Below are positions 38,237 to 50,491 of a DNA stretch of 62,687 nt, piece by piece. The notes below the pieces were generated by a model. The model was given only the letters and a program-made list of their open reading frames with translations, ran no database searches and was not told the DNA's origin. The position numbers and the translations under genes were made by a program. Origin of the DNA: an uncultured Candidatus Saccharimonas sp. (lineage in GTDB: Bacteria > Patescibacteriota > Saccharimonadia > Saccharimonadales > Saccharimonadaceae); the NCBI GenBank assembly GCA_964516285.1, contig CAZEWP010000001.1, positions 13,272 through 75,958 on the forward strand. Reading direction: 5' to 3'. Within the stretch, counting starts at the first letter, position 1. Each line of letters begins with the position of its first letter.

Positions 38237-39259
38237 ATGAAGATTAAACAAAACATCCCTTTAAAAGATTTAACCACGATGCGCCTTGGCGGAATGGCCA
38301 ATTTTGTCATAGAAGTCACTAGTGAAGACGAAGTAAGACAAGCCCACCAGTTTGCCCTGGATAAAAAACTACCTTTTTTCGTCATTGGAGCCGGCAGTAA
38401 CTTAATTGCTAAAGACACTGGTTATCCCGGGGTTTTAATTAAAATGTCTATCTTAGGTGTTGAGATTATGGAAGAAACCACCAACTCTTTAACTGTCACT
38501 ATTGGAGCTGGTGAAACTTGGGATGATATTACAAAACAGTTTAGTGAACAGGGTTGGAGTGGTATCGAAGCCATGTCTGGTATTCCCGGCACAGCTGGCG
38601 CGACTGTTATCCAAAATGTTGGCGCTTACGGCCAAGAAATTGTAAACACTCTCCAAACAGTCAGAGTTTATGATACTAAAATTCAAGAATTCACTACCCT
38701 GACCGCTAAAGATTGTAAATTATCTTATCGTCATAGTATTTTTCGAGGTGAAGCTACGGGAAGATATATCGTCACTCAAATCACCCTAAAGTTAACTCAC
38801 ACCCAACTCCAACCCCCACTTTATAATTCCTTGCAAAAATATTTTGACAACCAACAATCCAGCGACTACTCGCCATCAGCTATTCGCAAAGCCGTTTTAG
38901 CGGTCCGAGCTTCAAAGCTACCAGACCCTAAAAAATTACCGAATAGTGGCTCTTTTTTCAAAAATTCTCTAATCAATAAAGACCAAGCTGATCAACTTAG
39001 AGTCATCGACGAACAAGCGCCAATCTTTGTAGCTGACAACCAACTATTCAAAGTTCCTAGTGGTTATTTAATCGAAAAAGCCGGCCTAAAGAATAAATCT
39101 CTCTTTGGCTTTAAAGTCCACGATCAAAATGCTGTCGTTCTAGTTAACGAATCAGCAGACTCCTACCATGATCTTATTAAAGCCCGTCAAACTATTATCC
39201 AAACAGTAGCGGATAAGTTTCAAATTACGCTTGAACAAGAACCCCTCGAAATTGGCTAG
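38237..39259 (+). CDS. murB: UDP-N-acetylenolpyruvoylglucosamine reductase
   Basis: 340 aa. N-terminal FAD-binding pattern PLKDLTTMRLGG...FVIGAGSNL. Confidence 0.85.
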   Translation: MKIKQNIPLKDLTTMRLGGMANFVIEVTSEDEVRQAHQFALDKKLPFFVIGAGSNLIAKDTGYPGVLIKMSILGVEIMEETTNSLTVTIGAGETWDDITKQFSEQGWSGIEAMSGIPGTAGATVIQNVGAYGQEIVNTLQTVRVYDTKIQEFTTLTAKDCKLSYRHSIFRGEATGRYIVTQITLKLTHTQLQPPLYNSLQKYFDNQQSSDYSPSAIRKAVLAVRASKLPDPKKLPNSGSFFKNSLINKDQADQLRVIDEQAPIFVADNQLFKVPSGYLIEKAGLKNKSLFGFKVHDQNAVVLVNESADSYHDLIKARQTIIQTVADKFQITLEQEPLEIG

Positions 39260-39295
39260 CTTGCGATTTTTAGTAAAAAAACTTATGCTTATACT

Positions 39296-39748
39296 ATGAG
39301 AAAGCTAGGTTTTACGATCATTGAAGTTTCGGTAGCCATCACTCTTTTAGGCATCTTCCTTGCCATTGGCACCTTGGGGCTACAAAATTACCTAGCCGGA
39401 GCTAGAGATCGAGAAAGAAAAGACGATCTCCAGAGCATTGCCACTCATCTTGAAAATTACTACCGAGACCATGGCCAATACCCTTCAATCGCACAATTCA
39501 CTAAAGATGATGACACCCCTGAAGATCCCCGAGAAACCTTAAACAGATTAGCGATTGATGACGTTACAGCACCTAATCAAGAAGAGATTTCTTTTAAAGC
39601 TAGCACCACTCAAGATAACTTAGACATTAATACCTACATCTATACTCCCACTTGCACTGAAACTGGAAAGATTTGTCATAGTTTTATTTTAGCCACTAAA
39701 TTAGAAAATAATAACGAAGCTTTTACGATAGAAAGTAAACACCAATGA
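39296..39748 (+). CDS. Type IV pilin-like protein (prepilin-type N-terminus)
   Basis: MRKLG/FTIIEVSVAITLLGI: G-F cleavage site, Glu+5 and a hydrophobic helix. Confidence 0.75.
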   Translation: MRKLGFTIIEVSVAITLLGIFLAIGTLGLQNYLAGARDRERKDDLQSIATHLENYYRDHGQYPSIAQFTKDDDTPEDPRETLNRLAIDDVTAPNQEEISFKASTTQDNLDINTYIYTPTCTETGKICHSFILATKLENNNEAFTIESKHQ

Positions 39749-40113
39749 TTTTAAAATTAAATCGTAAAACTTCTGGATTCAGCACAGCTGAATTAGTTGT
39801 CACTCTTTTTGTGGCCACCACTTACATTTTTGCTGGCTACGAAACTTTTAAATTAGCCACAAAAGATAGTGGTCTAGTAAAAAACCTAAATGAAACTCAC
39901 CAAAACATTACTAATAAACTAGAAGAAATCAAACTAAACCCACCTGACTTCTGCCCTCCTCCAGGCCCAACGGAAGATAATGGTTTAACTATAACCTGTC
40001 AGACTATTACATTAGATGACACTAACCATTTTTATTTTAAAATAACTGCTAAACAATCACTCCTTGAGAAAGATCAATTTTTAGAGCAAACTATCTATGT
40101 CAAACAAAATTAG
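39745..40113 (+). CDS. Type IV minor pilin-like protein
   Basis: ..KTSG/FSTAELVVTLFVA prepilin motif. 4-nt overlap with the upstream gene. Confidence 0.65.
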   Translation: MILKLNRKTSGFSTAELVVTLFVATTYIFAGYETFKLATKDSGLVKNLNETHQNITNKLEEIKLNPPDFCPPPGPTEDNGLTITCQTITLDDTNHFYFKITAKQSLLEKDQFLEQTIYVKQN

Positions 40114-40807
40114 AAAAAATCTCCAACAAGGCTTTACGGTGAGCGAAATTATTATTGTGGCCCCAATTGTTTTAGCCACTTTGACCGGCTTAGTTACCTC
40201 AATTGTGTTCATAACAACGACGATCTTGCAACTTAGTAAAGCCAACTACCAACGACAAGAAATCTTATCTGCTCTTGATACTATAGCCGAGGACTTAAGT
40301 GTCAATGCCGAGGTGGTAGACAAAAGCTTCACCCCTATAACTCCGCAAGGCAAAAATGACGATGAAACTAAGTTTGAAACTAACTCTCTAGTGCTTGTCA
40401 TAAAAAGACCGCTACTTTCAAGTCACTTGAAAAATAAGCATAAAGATTTAATTTTAACAAACTCCGTTGAAAATGACTGCTCTGGACCCCTTGACCCAGC
40501 TATGATTAATGTTGTTTATTTTCTAAAAGACAAGACACTTTGGCGCCGAGTTTTATTGCCTAATGAACCAACCGAAAAAACTTATTGTCTTAATAGTAAT
40601 AAAATTGAAATAAACAACTTAAAAGACCGACCAAGTTGCTCCGCCACTGATAATCCCATCTGTTTGGCTAAAGATAGTAAAATCTTAACTGAAGTAGCTG
40701 ATTTCAAAATTAAAGCTTTAAATAAAAAATTACCTGAAATTACTATAAAAGTTAAAGATCAGGCTATCACGAAAAAAGTTTTTGTTGACTATCCAGCTCA
40801 TCCTTAA
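40097..40807 (+). CDS. Type IV minor pilin-like protein
   Basis: ..LQQG/FTVSEIIIVAPIVLA prepilin motif. Overlaps the upstream gene by 17 nt. Confidence 0.65.
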   Translation: MSNKIRKNLQQGFTVSEIIIVAPIVLATLTGLVTSIVFITTTILQLSKANYQRQEILSALDTIAEDLSVNAEVVDKSFTPITPQGKNDDETKFETNSLVLVIKRPLLSSHLKNKHKDLILTNSVENDCSGPLDPAMINVVYFLKDKTLWRRVLLPNEPTEKTYCLNSNKIEINNLKDRPSCSATDNPICLAKDSKILTEVADFKIKALNKKLPEITIKVKDQAITKKVFVDYPAHP

Positions 40808-40828
40808 AGAAAATTAACTTTTTTGCGC

Positions 40829-40857
40829 TTGTGTTTAATTTTAAAACCCTCTATAAT
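40829..40857 (+). promoter_or_regulatory. Promoter TTGTGT-17 nt-TATAAT upstream of the major pilin gene
   Basis: Read directly. Confidence 0.45.
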
Positions 40858-40896
40858 ATGTTTGTATTAAAATCATAACTCAAGAAGGAAAATTAT

Positions 40897-41358
40897 ATGA
40901 AAATTAAGCGCCACAACAATCAAGGTTTCACTATTGTAGAGCTGGTAATTGTGATTGTTATTATCGGTATCCTAACCGCAATTGGTCTAGTTACCTATAA
41001 TGGCTTAACTGATCGGGCTAAAAAAGCTCAGGTTGATTCTGCTGTTAGTAACCTTAGTAATTTTTTAGATGTTTATTATGCTGAAGAAGGGGTTTATCCT
41101 AATACTTCTGCGCAAGCTAGCAGTTTTAAATTTGCTAAACTCCCTGGAGGGATTGAAACTACTGGTGCTAATGAAGATGCTGGGTGGGCAACAGATGATA
41201 ACACTAAAGTCAATTTACGCTACTTTGACTGTGACGACAAAGGCTATGTCATTAAATATAAGTATCCTGGTAAGAGTTGGGATAAAAAAACTGTTGGCAC
41301 AACGCCAGATGGCTGCTATAACGCTACTGATTCGGCTATAAATCTTTACCAAAACTAA
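40897..41358 (+). CDS. pilA: Type IV major pilin (PilA-like)
   Basis: 153 aa. MKIKRHNNQG/FTIVELVIVIVIIGILTAI, RBS AAGGA, its own promoter, and a C-terminal Cys pair. Confidence 0.8.
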   Translation: MKIKRHNNQGFTIVELVIVIVIIGILTAIGLVTYNGLTDRAKKAQVDSAVSNLSNFLDVYYAEEGVYPNTSAQASSFKFAKLPGGIETTGANEDAGWATDDNTKVNLRYFDCDDKGYVIKYKYPGKSWDKKTVGTTPDGCYNATDSAINLYQN

Positions 41359-41406
41359 CAACTCTATCTGCTTGACCATATCTCATTTGTGAGATAAGCT
41401 ATAGTT

Positions 41407-42942
41407 ATGAAACTAAATTATAAACAAAAAATTGGGTATTTAATTCAAAATGCCCGACAATCTCGCAATTTAACTCAAAAACAATTAGCCGAAGCTCTTG
41501 GTACCAGCCAAAGTGCGATTAATCGGATTGAAAAAGGTGGGCAAAACATCAGCCTGGAAATGCTGGCCAAGATTAGCGATGTCTTATCTAGTGAATTAAT
41601 TAGTTTAAACCTTTCTGGAAAACTCGCTTTTAAAATTAATGGTGGCAAAAGATTAGCTGGTTCTATTGATGTTAAAACTAGTAAAAACGCGGCCGTTGGG
41701 CTACTTTGTGCCAGTTTACTAAATCACGGCACCACTATTATTCGCCGAGTAGCTAAAATTGAAGAAGTTAACCGCATTATTGAAGTTCTTAATAGCCTTG
41801 GCGTTAAAACCCGATGGCTGAATCAACAAAATGACTTAGAGATTAAACCACCAGCTCGACTAAAATTAACCGAAATTGATGAAGAGGCTGCTAAAAAAAC
41901 GCGCTCGGTTTTAATGTTTCTTGGCCCTCTGCTCAACCAATATAAAAAATTTACAATTCCTTTTGCTGGAGGTTGCAACCTAGGCACCCGCACAGTAGAG
42001 CCTCATTTGGCGGGACTCCGAGCGTTTGGCTTGAATATTGAAGTCGCTAATAATCACTATCATATGACTGTTAAAAAAACCACTAAAGAACCTAACACTA
42101 GATACATTCTTTTAACTGAGCGCAGTGATACGGCTACCGAAAATGTTATTATGGCTTCCGCTTTAAGCGAAGGCACAACTATTATTCGCAACGCTAGCCC
42201 TAACTATATGGTGCAAGATGTTTGTTTCTTCTTGCAAAAGCTAGGGGTTAAGATTGAAGGGATTGGCACAACTATTCTTAAAATTACCGGCAAAAAAAAT
42301 ATTAACAAAAATATCGATTATTATCCCAGCGAAGACCCTATTGAAGCTATGAGTTTTATTGCAGCTGGGGTGGTAACTAATTCCGAAATTACTATCAAGC
42401 GGGTGCCAATTGAATTCGTCGAAATTGAACTAGCTATTTTAGCTTCGATGGGCCTAAAATATGAAATAAGTTCTGAATACAAAGCTCGCAATAATGAAAC
42501 TCGATTAGTCAACCTAAAAATTTTTAGATCTAAACTGGTCGCTCCAAAAGATAAACTCCACTGTATGCCCTTCCCAGGTGTTAACATGGATAATCTACCC
42601 TTCTTAGGCTTGATTGCCACTGTGGCTAAAGGTCGCACGCTAGTTCATGATTGGTCTTACGATAACCGGGCCATTTATTTTACTGAACTTCAAAAATTAA
42701 ATGCCCATATTGAATTAGTTGATCCACACCGAGTCTATATTACCGGGCCAACTAAATGGCAACCAGCTGATATTATCTCTCCACCAGCCCTTAGACCATC
42801 GGCTGTCATTATGTTAGCCATGCTAGCAGTCCCCGGTACTTCAACACTCCAAAATGTCTATTCTATTAACCGTGGTTATGAAGATTTTGCTAATCGCTTA
42901 AACTTATTAGGGGCAGATATTCAGACGCTTAGAGAGGTCTAG
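41407..42942 (+). CDS. murA: XRE-type HTH domain fused to UDP-N-acetylglucosamine 1-carboxyvinyltransferase
   Basis: 511 aa. Residues ~8-62 (LTQKQLAEALGTSQSAINRIEKG) form an XRE HTH. The rest is full-length MurA (KNAAVGLLCASLL, catalytic loop GGCNLGTRTVEPH). Confidence 0.85.
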   Translation: MKLNYKQKIGYLIQNARQSRNLTQKQLAEALGTSQSAINRIEKGGQNISLEMLAKISDVLSSELISLNLSGKLAFKINGGKRLAGSIDVKTSKNAAVGLLCASLLNHGTTIIRRVAKIEEVNRIIEVLNSLGVKTRWLNQQNDLEIKPPARLKLTEIDEEAAKKTRSVLMFLGPLLNQYKKFTIPFAGGCNLGTRTVEPHLAGLRAFGLNIEVANNHYHMTVKKTTKEPNTRYILLTERSDTATENVIMASALSEGTTIIRNASPNYMVQDVCFFLQKLGVKIEGIGTTILKITGKKNINKNIDYYPSEDPIEAMSFIAAGVVTNSEITIKRVPIEFVEIELAILASMGLKYEISSEYKARNNETRLVNLKIFRSKLVAPKDKLHCMPFPGVNMDNLPFLGLIATVAKGRTLVHDWSYDNRAIYFTELQKLNAHIELVDPHRVYITGPTKWQPADIISPPALRPSAVIMLAMLAVPGTSTLQNVYSINRGYEDFANRLNLLGADIQTLREV

Positions 42943-43219
42943 GCCCTGCTGGTGGCCGAGAAACACCACCGCTACTTTTAGCTGATGACTGGGTCGCCCC
43001 AGGATAACTAGTTGGCGAGACCGCACTACGACTACTTCCCATGTTAGAAAACTGGTAACCACTAACTATTCGGCGACTAGCTTCGCGTTTTTTACGAGAA
43101 GAAAATGAATCTTGAGTTACAACACTCTCTCGAGAAGCCACCGCTCTAGCAAAAGCGTTACTTTGAAGTAGGTTAATATCGTTGTCTTGTGAGTTATCTG
43201 TGTTATTATCCATAACCAT
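42929..43219 (-). CDS. Hypothetical Ser-rich low-complexity protein
   Basis: 96-aa ORF co-directional with proS. Its 3' end overlaps the murA 3' end by 14 nt. No motif recognised. Confidence 0.35.
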   Translation of the reverse strand: MVMDNNTDNSQDNDINLLQSNAFARAVASRESVVTQDSFSSRKKREASRRIVSGYQFSNMGSSRSAVSPTSYPGATQSSAKSSGGVSRPPAGPRPL

Positions 43220-43247
43220 ATTCTACCATAATTAAAATAATCTTAAA

Positions 43248-44672
43248 TTAATAAGCTTTAGAGAAAGAAGCCACACATTTAGCCGGACGACCACACCAAA
43301 CACAAGTCCCACTAGTTTTATGTTGTTGATCGATTGGCATATTACGCGACATCGCTCCAGTCGCTTCTTTGATTGACAATTCACAATCTGTTTCCCCGCA
43401 CCAATTAATTTGAGCTAGACCTGCTTGATCTTTGATAATTTTTTCAAACCTAGACTTATCATTCGTTTCAAAAATTCTCTGCTTGAGACTAGCTTCTGCT
43501 TTAGCAAGCATTTCTTGTTGGATTGTATCTAACAACTGTTCAACTTCCGTTACTAAGGTGGCACGCTTGAACTGACCCTTAGTAGAGTTATATCGCACAG
43601 CATAAGTTATTTGCTGACTAGACATTTCTTGTTCCCCAATTTCTAGCCGAATTGGCACTCCTCGAACCTCGTGATCATAGTATTTAGCCCCTGGTCGCAA
43701 ATCATCACGATCATCCAATTCAGTGGCTATTCCCGCCGTATTTAAATCTACTTGGAGAGCTTTGGCATAATCTAAAACTTGCTCACTAATCGGAATAATA
43801 ACAACTTTGGTTGGTGCGACTTTAGGTGGTATCACCAAACCTTTTTCGTCACCATGAGCCATAATTAAAGCGCCAATCAATCTAGTTGAAACCCCCCAAC
43901 TCGTCATCTGAACGAACTTTGTTTTTTCATCTTTATCTAAAAAACTAACACCTGCCATTTTTGAGAAATTATCACCTAAATAGTGAGATGTGCCCATTTG
44001 CAAGGCTCGACCATCAGGCATCAAACCTTCAATACTATAAGAATCAACCGCTCCAGCAAATTTCTCTTTCTCGGATTTTTGACCAACGACTACTGGAATA
44101 GCTAGTGTCTCTCGAGCAAAATCTGCATAAACCTGCGTCATAATTGCCACTTCTTGTCTGGCCTCTTCTTCGGTTTGATGAGCAGTATGCCCTTCTTGCC
44201 ACTGAAATTCGGTTGTCCTTAAAAATAAGCGAGGGTGTTTTTCCCAACGCACAACATTACACCATTGATTGACCTTGAGTGGCAAATCCCGATAAGATCG
44301 AATCCATCGTTTCATACTTTCATGAATAATTGTTTCAGAAGTAGGACGAATAATTAAATTTTCTGCCAACTCAGCGCCACCAGCATAGGTTACCACGGCA
44401 ATTTCTGGACTGAACCCTTCAATATGATCTTTCTCACGCGCCAAGAAAGATTCTGGAATAAACAGAGGGAACAAAGCATTTTTAGCACCGTGCTGTTTAA
44501 TTCTAGCATCTAAATCATCTCGCATATTCTCCCATAAAGCATAGCCATAAGGTCGAATTGTCATACACCCCTTAACAGGAGCGTGTTCAGCTAATTCTGC
44601 ACGATAAATAACCTCCTGGTACCAATCTGAGAAGTTATCGGTAAATGATGGTAGTTTTTTATTCTTGGCCAC
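43248..44672 (-). CDS. proS: Prolyl-tRNA synthetase, archaeal/eukaryote-like type
   Basis: Class II motifs and a C-terminal Zn-binding domain ending ...CVWCGRPAKCVASFSKAY. The start is set at GTG 44672, with AAGGAG upstream, because the track N-terminal extension overlaps tRNA-His. Confidence 0.88.
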   Translation of the reverse strand: MAKNKKLPSFTDNFSDWYQEVIYRAELAEHAPVKGCMTIRPYGYALWENMRDDLDARIKQHGAKNALFPLFIPESFLAREKDHIEGFSPEIAVVTYAGGAELAENLIIRPTSETIIHESMKRWIRSYRDLPLKVNQWCNVVRWEKHPRLFLRTTEFQWQEGHTAHQTEEEARQEVAIMTQVYADFARETLAIPVVVGQKSEKEKFAGAVDSYSIEGLMPDGRALQMGTSHYLGDNFSKMAGVSFLDKDEKTKFVQMTSWGVSTRLIGALIMAHGDEKGLVIPPKVAPTKVVIIPISEQVLDYAKALQVDLNTAGIATELDDRDDLRPGAKYYDHEVRGVPIRLEIGEQEMSSQQITYAVRYNSTKGQFKRATLVTEVEQLLDTIQQEMLAKAEASLKQRIFETNDKSRFEKIIKDQAGLAQINWCGETDCELSIKEATGAMSRNMPIDQQHKTSGTCVWCGRPAKCVASFSKAY

Positions 44673-44695
44673 AACACTCCTTAATTTCTTAAAAA

Positions 44696-44773
44696 TGGGG
44701 CGAACGATGGGGTTCGAACCCACGACCTTCGGATCCACAGACCGACGCTCTAACCAACTGAGCTACGTTCGCC
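44696..44773 (-). tRNA. tRNA-His: tRNA-His (anticodon GUG) with encoded G-1 and CCA
   Basis: GGCGAACG.../...CGTTCGCC-CCA: the extra 5' G pairs with discriminator C73. The anticodon loop contains GTG. Confidence 0.85.
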
Positions 44774-44968
44774 ATATTTTGATGCTGGTGCCCTTTTGGT
44801 GGAAGTATAACAACCACTAGGCATAAATTTATAGGCAGTAATAACTACTAACTAGTTAAATTATACTACATTTTTTATATTTTGCGTTAAAAATTTACTA
44901 TTTTTTGTATAAAAAGATAAAAATTAAAAATTTTATGTTACAATAGTTATGAAAGAAGGTAGATAAAT

Positions 44969-45757
44969 ATGACTTATGAAGAAAGACTGAAAAAATTATT
45001 AGGAAATAATGACCCGTTTTGGTATACCACAATAGATAATTTTGTTAGAACAACATACGAAGATAAAGAACAAGCAATTAGTGATTTAGAAAATCTTGCA
45101 AAAGATAATGCTAAATTTAATGAATTTACAAAACAAATCATTCAGAGAAAAGATAATTTAAAAAGTGTAAAGGAAGAGTTTTTAAATTTCCAAAATCAAG
45201 ATATACAACGTGCAACAATTGATATGGCAAGAATGATGAATTATAAAATGCATGCTGAACAATTATATATTCCTATTTTAAATGGTTTTCAAGTTCAAAA
45301 TGACAATAACCCACAAACTATATTATTGGCTTCAGGACATGGCTTTATGGAGCAATTAACATCTGATGGGTACATAGAAGATGGACAATTTGAAAAAAGA
45401 ATTGATTTAGTAATAAATAATACTAAACAATTTATGAAAAATAATGGTTGTGAAAATGTAGAAAATAGTTTTATATATTATAAAGACTATAATAACGGAA
45501 CATTTAATTTTAAATTATATGTTCAAGATATGGTTGTAAATATTGAAAATCAAAAGAAAGTAATTAGAGCATTCATCGCATATTTTGTTGAACCACGAAT
45601 GCACGATTTCTATCAATTAAGTTTAAGTGTCGGTCCATTTACTATGCCAACAGAGCAATTAAAAATTGGCATTATCGACTTAGAGCAAGACCAAATTACT
45701 ATTTCACTTGACAATTTAATGAATACAATAATGGATAATTTAAAATATAAAAATTAA
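44969..45757 (+). CDS. Hypothetical protein (element cargo)
   Basis: 262 aa. RBS GAAGG and an extended -10-like TGTTACAAT upstream. I recognise no family. Confidence 0.6.
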   Translation: MTYEERLKKLLGNNDPFWYTTIDNFVRTTYEDKEQAISDLENLAKDNAKFNEFTKQIIQRKDNLKSVKEEFLNFQNQDIQRATIDMARMMNYKMHAEQLYIPILNGFQVQNDNNPQTILLASGHGFMEQLTSDGYIEDGQFEKRIDLVINNTKQFMKNNGCENVENSFIYYKDYNNGTFNFKLYVQDMVVNIENQKKVIRAFIAYFVEPRMHDFYQLSLSVGPFTMPTEQLKIGIIDLEQDQITISLDNLMNTIMDNLKYKN

Positions 45758-45936
45758 ATTATCAAATAAAAGCCGTGGCACGTTTTGTTGCGTAAGCAAT
45801 GAAAGTGGCGATAGGCTTTCTCTTTTATTTTCATTACGAAGTTTTGAAAATAAAAACATAATTTTGCTTGGCTTTATGCCTTGCTAAAATTATGCTTTAA
45901 AGGGTTTAAAAAGGGAAATTCCCTTTTTCACACCGT

Positions 45937-45966
45937 TATTGGCTTTGCCAATAGCGTAGTGTGTTA
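45937..45966 (+). promoter_or_regulatory. Candidate oriT: hairpin tattggc-ttt-gccaata followed by TAGTGTG/TTA
   Basis: The 10-mer TAGTGTGTTA matches my recollection of the pMV158 MobM nick region (GTGTG/TT). A hairpin immediately 5' of the nick site is the usual MobV oriT layout. Confidence 0.45.
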
Positions 45967-46012
45967 CCATTTCGACAAAATGGTCTTTTACGACGAGTTG
46001 TAGCTCGTTTTT

Positions 46013-49106
<3,094 letters not shown>

Positions 49107-49127
49107 TTATCAACCTCACTTTCTATC

Positions 49128-49176
49128 AAAAAAGAGGGGTCAAAAATACTAGATAACTAATACCTTTGACTCCTCT
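49128..49176 (-). terminator. Long hairpin (12-bp stem with one mismatch) followed by a T-run on the minus strand, between the 91-aa gene and the recombinase gene
   Basis: agaggggtcaaa ... tttgactcctct, read directly. It could instead be a regulatory or recombinase-binding site. Confidence 0.4.
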
Positions 49177-49314
49177 TTAAAATCAAGTATAAACTTTTAA
49201 ATATGTTATATGTGCTTTTAATCATAGAAGTACCTCTCTTTCCCCTTAAAAAGCGATACTGCTTGCTTTTATTAGTTCTATACTATAAACTTTTATTCTT
49301 GATTTGTCAAGGTT

Positions 49315-49590
49315 TTAGTGGGATTTGATATATTCTTCAAAGTCTTTAAACTTAATTTTTTCTTTATAACCATTTATAAAAATGTCATCATAATTATCAA
49401 ATATTAAATAATCAATACCTTTAATTTTAACTATATGAGGTCTAACCATAGCAATATTTGTATTTTTAATACTTTTAACATTTCCATTTGTGATAGTGTA
49501 GTCAACATAAGCAAACCTACAAATCATTTCAACCTTTCTTTTTAATTCTTCACTTATTACAAGTTCTTTAGTTTCTATTGTCATACTCAA
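49315..49590 (-). CDS. Hypothetical small protein (element-encoded; possible directionality factor, speculative)
   Basis: 91-aa ORF at the right end of the low-GC element, upstream of the recombinase. No motif recognised. Confidence 0.5.
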   Translation of the reverse strand: MSMTIETKELVISEELKRKVEMICRFAYVDYTITNGNVKSIKNTNIAMVRPHIVKIKGIDYLIFDNYDDIFINGYKEKIKFKDFEEYIKSH

Positions 49591-49680
49591 TCACTTTCCT
49601 TTCTTAAATAACAAAAAAACTAACTATTTCTAGTTAGCATTTATTACTTAAACTCGAAAAGTTCGAGTTTCCTATCAATC

Positions 49681-49755
49681 TGGTGCGGGTGAGGAGAATC
49701 GAACTCCTCGCTCTTGCTTGGAAGGCAAGTATATTAGCCACTATACGACACCCGC
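49681..49755 (-). tRNA. tRNA-Gly: tRNA-Gly (anticodon UCC), CCA encoded
   Basis: Acceptor GCGGGTG/CACCCGC, anticodon arm CTTGC-CTTCCAA-GCAAG, T arm GAGGA-GTTCGATT-CTCCTC. Confidence 0.88.
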
Positions 49756-49823
49756 CCAACTGGTAACAGTATATCACTCTAGTAGTTTTTCTGTCTAGTT
49801 GCTAAACAAATTAAACAAGTTTT

Positions 49824-49857
49824 AAACAAGGACAGTCCTTAAGGACTGTCCTTGTTT
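49824..49857. repeat. Perfect 34-nt palindrome aaacaaggacagtcctt|aaggactgtccttgttt followed by a T-run
   Basis: Read directly. It shares its 17-nt half-site with the hairpin at 7963-7983 and is preceded by three TAAACAA(G) direct repeats. Confidence 0.8.
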
Positions 49858-49917
49858 TCTTTTTGACTTGTTTTATGGTGTAGCATGTTTTTTTGGGGCT
49901 GAGATGTGGAAGAAAAT

Positions 49918-49946
49918 TTGCTAATATCTCTCTTTTGTGATATAAT
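49918..49946 (+). promoter_or_regulatory. Promoter TTGCTA-17 nt-(TGa)TATAAT with extended -10
   Basis: Read directly, about 55 nt upstream of the 50000 start. Confidence 0.55.
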
Positions 49947-49999
49947 CTTGACCATATTAGGGTGTAAACTCTAATAAATATTTTTGGGAGGTGATTTCC

Positions 50000-50482
50000 T
50001 TGTTGAAAGACAGGAGGTCAAGGTGGGGTAATTATAAACCCCAAAGCATTGCCGCTGTTTGCGACAACATCCGTAACAATAGCATCGACGAACTATGCGC
50101 CTACGAGCATATACTCCTAGGCAACCACCTGGCGCGTCAAATCTGCGACTATTATTCTGGAGTTGAAAAACTCCGAATCACAGTTGTGACGTATTTGGAC
50201 CGGGTCACATATGTCAGGCAAGGTGTTTCTGGTCCACTTTCTTGGGGAAAGTATCCGGTACAGATTGTGGGTAGCTCGCGCTACTGGATCCAAGAAAGAA
50301 GAGCACAATCGAAAAGAGAAAAAACGGATATAACAATCTTCGTTTCTCTCTATCCCCTACTGGATGAGGAGAGAAAAAGAATTGTTAAGCTCAAAGACCG
50401 AGACGAAAAAATCCTTTTTGCCTCAGTCTTCAGGCCAGCAAAAGAGACCTCCGTTCTTAATAGCTTCTACGCTATTAAGTAA
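50000..50482 (+). CDS. Hypothetical protein (about 50% GC)
   Basis: The ORF track starts at GTG 49991, which abuts the RBS GGGAGG. TTG 50000 gives an 8-nt spacer. No family recognised. Confidence 0.55.
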   Translation: MLKDRRSRWGNYKPQSIAAVCDNIRNNSIDELCAYEHILLGNHLARQICDYYSGVEKLRITVVTYLDRVTYVRQGVSGPLSWGKYPVQIVGSSRYWIQERRAQSKREKTDITIFVSLYPLLDEERKRIVKLKDRDEKILFASVFRPAKETSVLNSFYAIK

Positions 50483-50491
50483 CACAAATTT

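Noticed and set aside
41069-41341. 90-aa alternate-frame ORF within pilA
   Set aside because: It shares strand and overlap with the pilin gene, which has a clear prepilin signature. No independent start signals were seen.
44673-44738. N-terminal 22-aa extension of the proS ORF (MDPKVVGSNPIV...)
   Set aside because: It is translated from the antisense of tRNA-His. A GTG start at 44672 with AAGGAG upstream gives the normal ProRS N-terminus.
44823-44832. 10-bp palindrome ATAAATTTAT at the left edge of the low-GC element, and hairpin ctaacta-tttc-tagttag at 49627-49644, as possible att cores
   Set aside because: They are too short and AT-rich to distinguish from chance in 25% GC DNA. Serine-recombinase att sites cannot be defined without the empty site.
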